A DNA stretch of 64,000 bases from Alloascoidea hylecoeti. Lineage: Eukaryota. The number at the start of each line of letters is the position of its first letter. The first letter of the stretch is position 1. The notes under the pieces are model-generated. The model saw nothing but the letters and a program-made list of their open reading frames with translations, had not been told where the DNA came from and searched no databases. Of the stretch, positions 34,850 to 46,568 are shown piece after piece. The stretch is taken from contig BCKZ01000016.1 in the NCBI GenBank assembly GCA_001600815.1, positions 175,077 through 239,076 of the forward strand, written 5' to 3'. The translations under genes and the position numbers were made by a program.

Positions 34850-37549
34850 ATGTCTTATACTACAATGAACGAATCTGAATTCACAGACAAAGCTCTCTCA
34901 ATATTCAAAGATGCTGCTCAACTCGCACAAGAGCACAGTCATTCTCAGTTAATGCCTCTTCATTTCTTAGCTGCAATGACCCCAGATAATGAACAAGGAC
35001 CTTCCTACTTACACGTTCTGTGCGATAAAGCTCGATATGACTTTAAGCAATTGGAAAGGTCTATTAACAAACATCTGGTTAGGTTGCCTTCCCAAACTCC
35101 TGCTCCTTCAGATGTCTCTCCTAGTCAGGCTACAATCAAATTAATACAAGAATTCCAGAAAATAAAAAAACAACAAAAAGATAGTTTTGTTGCTCAAGAT
35201 CATATACTACTAGCATTACTTAAAGATTCTACAATTCAATCAATCCTAAAAGAAAATAGTATGCAGCCCAATGCCTTGGAATCACAAGTGATCGCTGTTA
35301 GAGGTAATCGAAGAATTGATTCACGACAAGCTGATACTTCTTCTCAATATGAATTTTTGTCAAAATATGCAATTGACTTAACAGAAAAGGCTAGAGAAGG
35401 TAAGCTAGACCCTGTTATAGGTCGTGATGAAGAAATAAGAAGATGTATTAGGGTTCTTGCTAGAAGAACAAAATCAAACCCTTGTTTAATTGGTGATCCT
35501 GGTGTTGGTAAAACAAGTATCATTGAAGGTGTTGCCCAAAGAATCATTGATGGTGATATTCCAAATGTTCTTTCCAATTGTAAACTATTCGCTTTGGATT
35601 TAGGTGCCTTAAAAGCTGGTGCAAAATATCAAGGAGAATTTGAAGAAAGAATTAAAGGTGTATTAAAAGAAATTGAAGAATCAAAGGATATGATTATTTT
35701 ATTCATTGATGAAATTCACATGTTAATGGGTGATGGTAAATCTGATGCTGCAAACTTATTGAAACCAATGTTAGCAAGAGGTACTTTACATTGTATTGGT
35801 GCTACAACTGTTGTTGAATATAGAAAATACGTCGAAAAAGATGGTGCTTTTGAAAGACGTTTTCAAAAAATTGATGTTAGAGAACCAACCATTAGAGAAA
35901 CAGTTGCTATTCTAAGAGGTTTACAATCAAAATATGAACTTCATCATGGTGTTAGAATATTGGATAATGCTCTGGTTACTGCTGCTCAATTAGCTTCAAG
36001 ATATTTGACTTATAGGAAATTACCCGACTCTGCTGTTGATCTCATCGATGAAAGTGCTGCTGCTGTTGCTGTAGCTAGAGATTCAAAACCAGAAGAACTC
36101 GATGGTCTTGAACGTCAATTACAACTTTTACTTGTTGAAATCAAAGCTTTAGAAAGAGATGAAGATACCGATAAATCGACAAAGGATCGTCTGGAACAGG
36201 CAAGACAAAAGGCTGCCAATGTTGAAGAACAATTAGCACCATTACGTGAAAGATTTAACCAAGAAAAGAGAGGTCATGCAGAATTAAGTGATTTGAGAAA
36301 GAAATTAGAAGAATTAGAAATTAAAGCTCAAGATGCTGATAGAAGAAGAGATACCGCCGCAGCTGCAGACTTAAGATATTTCGCTATCCCAGATGTTAAA
36401 AGAAGAATTGATGAAATTGAATTACAAAAGGAAAAAGAAGATGAAGCATCAAATAATAATTTATTACAAGATCTTGTTGGTCCGGATGAAGTATCAGAAA
36501 CTGCTGCGAGATTAACTGGTATCCCAGTCTCTAAGTTAACACAATCTGAAAACGCAAAGTTGATAAATATGGAAAAATCATTATCTAATGATGTTGTTGG
36601 TCAATCAGATGCTGTAAAAGCCGTTTCTAATGCCATTCGTTTATCAAGATCCGGGTTATCAAATCCAAATTCTCCAGCTTCTTTCTTATTTTTAGGTCTT
36701 TCAGGATCGGGTAAAACTGAGCTAGCAAAGAAGCTTGCCGAGTTTTTATTTGCTGATGAAAAAGCAATGATCAGAATTGATTGTTCTGAACTTTCAGAAA
36801 AATGGTCGGCTTCTAAATTGCTTGGTGCTGCTCCTGGTTATATTGGTTACGAAGAAGGTGGTATTTTAACCGAAGCTCTGATGAGACGCCCATATTCTGT
36901 GGTATTATTCGATGAAGTTGAAAAGGCAAGTCCTGATGTTTTAACTGTTTTATTACAAATATTAGATGATGGTAGAGTTACGAGCAGCAGTGGTAAATTG
37001 GTAAACTGTTCAAATGCTATTTTCATAATGACTTCAAATTTAGGTGCTGAATATGTTAATAAAAATGCTAGTTCTCATGTTGATAATATTACAAGAGATA
37101 TGGTGTTAGAGGTGGTTAAATCTCATTTCAAACCAGAATTCCTTAATAGAATCAGTTCAATGGTGGTTTTCAATAGGTTATCTCATAAAGCAATTAAGAA
37201 AATCGTTAGAATTCGTCTAAATGAAATTGAACAACGTTTTGCTACAAATAATAAAAATATTAAACTAGATGTCGATGCTTCTGCTATTGATTATCTTTGC
37301 GAGCGTGGTTATTCTAGAGATCTGGGTGCAAGACCATTAAACAGATTGATCCAAAATGAAGTTTTGAATAAATTAGCAATTCTCATTTTAAGAAATCAAG
37401 TTAGAGATCAAGAAATTGTTAAGATAACTACTGACAGTAATGGTATTGTTGTTATTGCGAATCATGAACCAAGTATTGAAGATGAGGTTATGGTAGACGC
37501 TATGGAAGAAGATTCTGACTCTGATAGTTCAACAGATGACTTAGATTAA
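34850..37549 (+). CDS. HSP104: Hsp104 AAA+ disaggregase
   Basis: Walker A motifs GDPGVGKT and GLSGSGKT, C-terminal DDLD; true start may be the ATG at 34865. Confidence 0.98.
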   Translation: MSYTTMNESEFTDKALSIFKDAAQLAQEHSHSQLMPLHFLAAMTPDNEQGPSYLHVLCDKARYDFKQLERSINKHLVRLPSQTPAPSDVSPSQATIKLIQEFQKIKKQQKDSFVAQDHILLALLKDSTIQSILKENSMQPNALESQVIAVRGNRRIDSRQADTSSQYEFLSKYAIDLTEKAREGKLDPVIGRDEEIRRCIRVLARRTKSNPCLIGDPGVGKTSIIEGVAQRIIDGDIPNVLSNCKLFALDLGALKAGAKYQGEFEERIKGVLKEIEESKDMIILFIDEIHMLMGDGKSDAANLLKPMLARGTLHCIGATTVVEYRKYVEKDGAFERRFQKIDVREPTIRETVAILRGLQSKYELHHGVRILDNALVTAAQLASRYLTYRKLPDSAVDLIDESAAAVAVARDSKPEELDGLERQLQLLLVEIKALERDEDTDKSTKDRLEQARQKAANVEEQLAPLRERFNQEKRGHAELSDLRKKLEELEIKAQDADRRRDTAAAADLRYFAIPDVKRRIDEIELQKEKEDEASNNNLLQDLVGPDEVSETAARLTGIPVSKLTQSENAKLINMEKSLSNDVVGQSDAVKAVSNAIRLSRSGLSNPNSPASFLFLGLSGSGKTELAKKLAEFLFADEKAMIRIDCSELSEKWSASKLLGAAPGYIGYEEGGILTEALMRRPYSVVLFDEVEKASPDVLTVLLQILDDGRVTSSSGKLVNCSNAIFIMTSNLGAEYVNKNASSHVDNITRDMVLEVVKSHFKPEFLNRISSMVVFNRLSHKAIKKIVRIRLNEIEQRFATNNKNIKLDVDASAIDYLCERGYSRDLGARPLNRLIQNEVLNKLAILILRNQVRDQEIVKITTDSNGIVVIANHEPSIEDEVMVDAMEEDSDSDSSTDDLD

Positions 37550-38297
37550 TTTAATTACATCTCGATTGTTTTTCTCATGTATCATTATTTATTTGTTTTT
37601 TGTTTTATATTGTAATTAGGAGGCTTTTAATATATAGGTAAATATTATGGCATAGTTTCTTATGTATCTAATAAAATCTGCGATTTTAATTATAATGAAG
37701 AGTTTGTAAATCTAGTTAACATGTGAACTATCGATATCACAGAACTTGTAACTTATTTATAATTTTAACTTCTAATATATATTACATAGCTATCGATAAT
37801 GTTATAGTACACGACGTCTACTATACGTATCAAGCTCAAGTGAGAACGATAGAATGTTAAATTCAAACTTTCACAGTGGTATCTATAATTCATGGTATAG
37901 TTTATAATAGTATAATACCTGAAATCTATTTTCGACACTTTTTGTGAGGAAGAAATTTCTTTTTTCATGATAAATTTAATTGCAACTTCGAATTCTAAAC
38001 CTACTGGATAAAATAATAACTAAGAAAAAAGCAAGATTAAGCTACATATATGAGTTTGATCATGATAATTACTGAAAAGAGCCAGAAATCTTACTGAAGT
38101 TAATTTAGTAAAAATATATAAACATGGTTCTGTATGCGCCATACTAAAGCAACCAAGACCGCTTATTTGGACTACCCTGATAAGGGTTTGTATCTAGTAT
38201 TCCTATCTGTCTTCTCAAAGAAAGGACTTTAGATATCTAACTATAACTAAATAAGCCCTTACTTACTATTGTACTTATATTGTAGCGTTTTGGCTAC

Positions 38298-39548
<1,251 letters not shown>

Positions 39549-39816
39549 CTACTTTCATAAGTCTCAAAATTAAAGATTGAAATGTCTATCTATTTAATCT
39601 AGTTTTCTACTTCAAAATGAAATACTCAGGTTTAAAAGTTCATCATAATTAATTGTACATGAATGTTTATATAAATCGTAAATGTTATAATAGAAAACAA
39701 ACGAAAACCACCAACAAATGCAAACAGGTCTTTCAAAACGAAATGTAAAAATAGAAACCATGCGCATTCATTTATAAATGAAATACCAAAAACAATTGTA
39801 GTTTGATTTGATGAGG

Positions 39817-39996
39817 CTAATTAGGTTTATTAACAAGTTTCTTAGCGAAGATGGGCCATATAAAAAAGGCACCTAAAAGTCCACCCCATAAAGTAAAGAT
39901 AGGAATAATTCTTTGGGACTCAGAACTGACCCAACCGTGTTGGTTAAGTGGCATACCAGCCTTTTTGAAAAGAGCTCTCCTTGCAGTTGGAAACAT
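39817..39996 (-). CDS. COX26: 59-aa single-TM mitochondrial microprotein, Cox26-like
   Basis: MFPTARRALFKKAGMPLNQHGWVSSESQRIIPIFTLWGGLLGAFFIWPIFAKKLVNKPN; W-x3-E-x-x-R-x-IP-x4-W...WP pattern; TATA-like element ~40095. Not in ORF track. Confidence 0.75.
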   Translation of the reverse strand: MFPTARRALFKKAGMPLNQHGWVSSESQRIIPIFTLWGGLLGAFFIWPIFAKKLVNKPN

Positions 39997-41893
39997 TTGA
40001 TCGATTGTGTATAAAGTTTGAATAGCGGTCTCAAAGGTGTACTCAGACGAACAGAGATGAGAAAAGAAAAGGAAGAGCGAAAGAAACTCGGGTTTTATAT
40101 GCGCTCCTATTTGCCAGTTGAACTTCTCCTCATTTGCATCAATATTATATAATTATAAGTTTATAATGAAAAGGTGGTGTGATTTAAAAATAATTCCCAG
40201 CTTGGTTGTCGCTTCTGTGGCGTGATTCTTTTTCGTCTTTTTCTTTTACTTCCTCTTTTAGAGAATTCCTGCATATTGCATTCAGCCGTGCATCCAATTG
40301 CAATGAATTGACAAACCATCATAAATTCACCAAAGCGATTGTTACCTGGATATTAATAACGGCAGAGATCTATTAATACCATACAATTGTTATTTTTTAA
40401 TATCATGAATGCTAATGCCCATGGTTATAATGATACTACTCTTAATTAAACTACTATTAGAAAATTAATAAAAGTCAAACCCATAGCAAATTTCAAACCG
40501 TATGACTTATATTTATGGAGCTAGAGCCTATAGATTCCGAATTCGAAGTCTCAAAGTATAAATTAGAAGAGCACAATAATGTATAATCAAGCAAGGTTTA
40601 GGCTATAAAGAATTTAAAGTTTGCTTTTAAAATATCTCCCAACCCATGGGTGTTTGCAAATCATGCTATCAGGTATTTATACTTATTGTAAAAGATAGAA
40701 AGATATCTACAATATTCTATATAAAGATAGATATAAATGCAATAACAGCGAGTCATTATTCAATTAATACTGTATTGTCGTAATTAATGTTAGATATTAC
40801 AGAAATATTAATAGAATTGAATAAACAATAATATATGAATAGTAATATGATCATAACTTAATTATATTAATCTTTCGATATGGAACACCACTTTTGTAGT
40901 TGACCAGCTATTAGCTGATGGCCGATAAGTTTTATTATAGGGAATATCTACTCTTTTCTAATTTTTCCTATTCTATTATTATTATGGAGACCTATTAATG
41001 ACCAATCTAGTATAACAAACTTAAATATCCGGATCCAACTCCATATTATATTTTTTTATTTTATAGTATATGATGCGGGACACTTAGAATATAATGAACT
41101 TTTAGGAACATCAAAAATGTTGTGGTATATTAAGAGACAATATATATAATTAAAATATATTTACGAATTCCTACGTATACTTAATCCACTTATAGGCTTT
41201 TACGATCTTTTCCAAGTTGGGAATGCGCTTTTAAATATAAAAAGCTATTATTAAATATTGAAATTGAGTGGAAAAATGCTGTGAAAATTTGGTATATGAC
41301 CAGCTTCCGTTCTAAATCGGAAATTTGATTATAATTAGTATCCTAAAATAAATAAAAGTGATTAATGACTTGTGACAACTAGTATAAGGTTAATAGGTTA
41401 TAATGTAGTATTATTTGATATAATACAACATATAAGGTTAATGTTTGGCTTTAAGTTATACTAGATTGGTCACTAATGGGTTTCCGGTATAGTAATAGAA
41501 TAAGAAAAATTAGACTATATAAAGAGGTAGATATTCCTTTTAATAAAACTTATCGGCTATGAGCTAATAACTGGTCGACTACAAAAGTGGTGTTCTATAT
41601 CGAAAGATTATTAGAATTTAAATTTATTATTTGTATTTTAGTATTATTAGCCTATTATAATTAACATTAATTACAACATTATAAATATGCGACACGAAAA
41701 TTTATTGGCCAGCTACAGCTATAAACCTTAGATATAGACGGGATTTTAGATCTAGTAAATAAGTGTTATATTAGATACTTCTATAACATTTAAATGGGTT
41801 TAACGTATTGTATGATTTACTATTATTATTCAGCATAAGTCTAAAAGTCTATGTCTAGTTTGTTTCTATATATGATATGATAACATTAATGGG

Positions 41894-43282
41894 TTAATTT
41901 AGTCCTTTTATAGTTTCGACAGTTATTTCAGGAACATTTGTTACACCTTTACAATTGGCCGCAGTCGAAACTGTCCCACAACTCTGCGTTAAATTCTTCA
42001 CATCTTTTTCGCACTTTTCACAACCACATTTGAAAAACCATTCATCTTCTAATTTTTTTCTTCTTTCCTTAACTTTAAGGTCCTGGAAACCACCATAATT
42101 TATGCATAGTTCTTCACCTTTTTTAATATGTCTGGTTGTGGTGAAGGTCAACACTTGACCATTACGTTGTTTACTAAGATTGGGGGCGCATGAATGATTA
42201 AAGAAAGAAGATGTCGGGTACAAAGAAAATCCAAGGTATTCTCTTTCAGAGGTAATATTGATACCATTTTTACTACGGTCATTGGCTGTGGAGTTAACTT
42301 TGTCATTTACTTGGTTTGATAATTCCCAAATTCCAAAAGCGTTACTCGAATGCACTCCAACTAAAAATCTATAACATTCAATAGTTAGTAAGTCTCTGAG
42401 ACATTCAGGAAGAGTTAATATCAAAATTTGATATATTTTTAAATGAGATTTAAGAAGTGTTGGAAAATGTTGAAAGTATTCTACTTCTGTTGATTGAAGT
42501 GAAGCAAACCCCATTAGTTCGCCCATATCGATAATATTTAAATTTGTTTTGTTTGTAGCTGTTTGGGATTGAGATTTGGAAATGTACCTTTGATATAAAA
42601 CACCAACAACAAATTTCGCATATGTAATTTCTTCATCTACTAGCTGATCGTGTGATAATAACTTCTCCAGTGCTTTGTTAATCTTTTTCAATCTTGATTT
42701 TAAGTTTGTATTATTACCAATGACGTTTTGCTGCCAAGTATTTATTTCGTCCCATTTCGAGTTGATATAAAGATTGACATTATCCAATAAAGCATCTTTA
42801 TTTTTCTTAATGATAAGATCATCTTTTCTTGACTCTTCTATTTCATCCTCTATACTTCTGGGACGTTTGTGGGATTTTGAATAAACATATTCAAGTGCAT
42901 CATAGGAACGAGTAATGATACCTTTATAATCATATTCTTTGAACATGTTCAAACATTCCAAAGAACAAAACCACATCCCTCCATTGAAGAACTTGGAAGA
43001 GGCAGCGCTACAACTACTATTATTTGGATCATTATCGTTTTCGGGCGTTGTCGTTACCTGCTGTAACCATTTACTCTCAAGTTTACATTTCCAGTTTTCA
43101 CCAGTGTACTTTAAACACCAAGCACAACATTCCTTTTTAAAATCTCTTAATATTGTAAAGCTTAAGGGATGAGAAAGATGTATTATCGAGTTTGGTAAGA
43201 TATCATGTGATGCAATACAACCCCGACCAGAGTGTGGAAGCTTGGAGATAGTATAGTTCGGATTTATTGGAAGGTTCACCAT
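41894..43282 (-). CDS. SET6: SET/MYND-type lysine methyltransferase
   Basis: GRGCIA, CAWC..FCSLEC, NAFGIW, SFFNHSCAPN, ELCINY, FKCGCEKC; near ATG29/REV3 as in S. cerevisiae. Confidence 0.85.
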   Translation of the reverse strand: MVNLPINPNYTISKLPHSGRGCIASHDILPNSIIHLSHPLSFTILRDFKKECCAWCLKYTGENWKCKLESKWLQQVTTTPENDNDPNNSSCSAASSKFFNGGMWFCSLECLNMFKEYDYKGIITRSYDALEYVYSKSHKRPRSIEDEIEESRKDDLIIKKNKDALLDNVNLYINSKWDEINTWQQNVIGNNTNLKSRLKKINKALEKLLSHDQLVDEEITYAKFVVGVLYQRYISKSQSQTATNKTNLNIIDMGELMGFASLQSTEVEYFQHFPTLLKSHLKIYQILILTLPECLRDLLTIECYRFLVGVHSSNAFGIWELSNQVNDKVNSTANDRSKNGINITSEREYLGFSLYPTSSFFNHSCAPNLSKQRNGQVLTFTTTRHIKKGEELCINYGGFQDLKVKERRKKLEDEWFFKCGCEKCEKDVKNLTQSCGTVSTAANCKGVTNVPEITVETIKGLN

Positions 43283-44730
43283 AATTATATATACTGATTA
43301 TTAGTTTATTGAAATTTAAATGGTATAAGTATGTATACTAGGTCGTTAGTAAAGAAAAGAGGTAAATATATTGGGACTGTTCTGTATTATACCTTTGTGT
43401 ACTGCAACTGCTTAATTGAGGATAAAAGAGGTGAAAATTTAAATTTAAAGTTCTTTATAACTTAAAAATGTTTTTTTAGATCTTCCTAAGTGTCACCGGA
43501 AAGGACGAGCCATTATAATTAATTATAAATTATAACCATGCTAGATTTCATTTGTGGCCGAAATTAAGTAGAATCACCCCTTAGAGTAATTATGTGCAGA
43601 GCTATGACGACGGTTAGACATGTGTTATCAGTGTTGATCACATGTACTAACTAATTATGAGTACCTAATTTATAATTCCTTAATAAAAGCATGCGTAGAT
43701 ATAAGCCTTAAGCCTTTAAGCTTATACCATATACCTTATCGATGCAACCACAAATTAAATTTCAACAAACCTTCATCTAAACTTATTTTTCGAAAAAAAA
43801 ATAGCATAATTTCAAAAATTGTATATTGTTTTAAATTCTTTTCAAGCTTGTCTAAAACAACCACTCCAAATGCTAATAATTATTATCCTATAAATATGAT
43901 TAAATACCTTTGGTCTGTCAATATTCGTTTAAATTTCACCGATTTCGAGTTGTCGCATATTACACTGCTACTCAGAAGGCCGTAATTTTCAACAACTCGG
44001 GAGAATTTTTAAAATTTGTCTTGGTGGAACTATTAATAATGTCATTAACGGAGGGACTCATTTTTTTCCATTTTTGTTTTCAAGATTGTACATGCATTAA
44101 TATTGGTTAGAATATTAGATGAGTATAATATAAGTTCCTATACTTTTAAACCTGTGCGGCCGTGTCCACTTATACATATTACCACTTTTCAACAAAATAG
44201 ATTTCAGTAAATAGTTAAGAATCTCAATTCTTTAATATAACTAAGTTACTATTTCTTGGAGCTGATGGAACAGCGGTTGAAGATTCAAGCCTCTCTGTGG
44301 TCTTTCTTCGATGAATTGAACATAGAACCAGTCCATCCCAGGAGTAGCAAAGGTGTTTAGAGATAACAGTTATACCGTATATATTTATCATTACTAAAGA
44401 TAGAGATCGAAATATCACCGATGTAAGCAGTTGGACACTCACTCTCCTCTTCGATCATTTGATGGGTATTCTAGTTTGAACGGGTTCTAGTTTATCCAGC
44501 TTTAATGATTTGTTGTTCGTTCGGATGGAAATTAATATACCAACGATACTAGAGCAGGGGCTAATAATTAAATGTAATTGCATAGTTTTAATTAATATCA
44601 ATATTAATTTAAAGCCTTTTAGCCCCTAAGCTTCGCTTCCTCTTCAAAAAGTTTCTGTTTCTACATAATTCGTGAGATAACCACCCGATTTGTATATATC
44701 ACGTGATACTAACGCTAATGTACGAAAGTA

Positions 44731-45876
44731 ATGAACTTTAGTAAATTGAGACTTGACAATTCAATCATGCTCATTTTAAGAAGATCACCACTGAACATTG
44801 GATATAGCAAGAAATTACTGCAGAGTACTAGAAATCGCTATAGATATTTCACTACAAATATCAACAAACGTTCACTGATATCTCTCATATCCCCTAATTC
44901 ACTGCAAAATCTAAGAGAAAGTTATAGATTACACAATGAAGCTGTTCTTAAATCATCCAAAACAGATGGGCCCTTGAAAAGAATAATTTCAGTTGATGCC
45001 AGTTGGTACATGCCAGGATCGGAGAGAAATCCAGCGAAAGAGTTCTTGGAAGAGAACATCCCTGGATCTGTGTTTTTTGATTTGGATGAAGTCAAAGATC
45101 ATGAAAGTCCATATCCTCACATGTTACCAAAACTTGATGATTTCAATGAAAAAGTTGGAAAATTAGGCATTTCAAGAAACGATACTTTGGTATTTTATGA
45201 CAAACAGGGGAATTTCAGTGCACCAAGAGCTGCTTGGACTTTTTCCATATTTAAGCACCAGAATTTATATGTTTTGAACACTTATCAAATTTATAAAGAC
45301 TTGGGATATCCGTTGAATTCAGGAATAGAAGGAACTCCCAAGTCTACTACTTACGAGGCGACATCGTTTGATCTGGATGCTGTTATTTCTTTTGAAGAAT
45401 TACTTGAAATTGTCCAGCATGCAAAGGAAAGGGCTAAATATACGATTATTGACGCTAGATCTCATGGAAGATGGCTTGGTACCGATCCTGAGCCAAGAGT
45501 TGGATTATCTAGTGGTCATATTGAAGATTCCATTTCGCTGCCATTTCCAACTGTCTTGGGTACTGAAACATCTACAACAGAATATAAGCCTAAAGATGAA
45601 TTGAAAGCACTTTTCAGGGAAAACGGTATTACCGATGAAAAGCCTATTATTGTTTTATGTGGTACAGGTGTTACTGCCTGTGTTGTTAAAGTGGCATTGG
45701 AAAATGCTGAAATAGGTAAAAACGGGGTGAAAGTCTATGATGGTAGCTGGACGTAAGTAACTAAATCCACTTTGAATTCATTTTTACCTACTCCAACTAA
45801 CTAAATCTTTTATTTTGCATACAGTGAGTGGGCACAGAGAGTTTCCCCTGATTTGATCATTAAATCTAAAGAATAA
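44731..45876 (+). CDS. TUM1: Rhodanese/3-mercaptopyruvate sulfurtransferase; intron 45753-45824
   Basis: DASWYMP, PHMLP, CGTGVTAC, spliced YDGSWT|EW; TCACGTGA at ~44699. Confidence 0.92.
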
Positions 45877-45995
45877 TTATAGTTATGGAGCGGCCATCAA
45901 CATTTGTTTGGAACTCGTAGATATTGAAGATATATTACTTTTAATCTATATAGATCTCGGGTGGGATCAATGTCCAATCCAGCTGTATATAGATG

Positions 45996-46494
45996 TCACT
46001 TCCTAATGGCAACTTCGTCTTCCAAAGCACTTTTACTAAGATTCAAGGCTAGTAATTATAACAAAATAAAATATGTTAATACTATAAGAATATGCATTTA
46101 AATATCACGTGCCATATCCTAACTTACGATTCGCTAAGTCACTGAAGCTAGAATTGAAGCTCTCTCCATCAAGATCTGTGCTGCCATTTTTTGTACTTGT
46201 GCCTGTTACTGTTGTAGTAGTATTATGCACTCTCAACTGATCCATATCTAATGGAACAAATGCAGCATCAAAATCACTATCACTTTCGTTGTTATCACCA
46301 AAGCTTAAGCTTGCTTTACTGTCTGAGGACGAGGGAGGTTTTGGTGGGAGAATTCTAGATAATTTCAACAGGTTTTTTGTTTCAACAACATCATCTTCTT
46401 TATTTTCAGCGGAATTCGATGGCAAGTTTTCACCTGATCGCACATAAGAATCCTTTGGAATAGGAAACCTGAGATAAACTATAAATTTTGTCAT
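45996..46494 (-). CDS. ATG29: Short Atg29-like protein (139 aa); intron 46049-46127
   Basis: N-terminal IVYLRFPIP and spliced C-terminal SSFSDLANPLNLSKSALEDE; head-to-head with REV3 as in S. cerevisiae. Confidence 0.7.
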
Positions 46495-46568
46495 GAATAT
46501 ATTCGATGGCAAAGAAGAATGGATGTTTCGATGTATAATTATAATACTCTTCAATTTGTTTCTTGATC

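Noticed and set aside
34850..37549. Alternative CUG decoding (Ser or Ala clades)
   Set aside because: CTG codons fall on conserved Leu positions (KHLVRL, NALVT, DRLE; Pba1 MLFK).
38124..38156. Hairpin TGGTT..GTATG/CATAC..AACCA between HSP104 and KRR1
   Set aside because: No H/ACA or C/D boxes at proper positions; too short to support a call.
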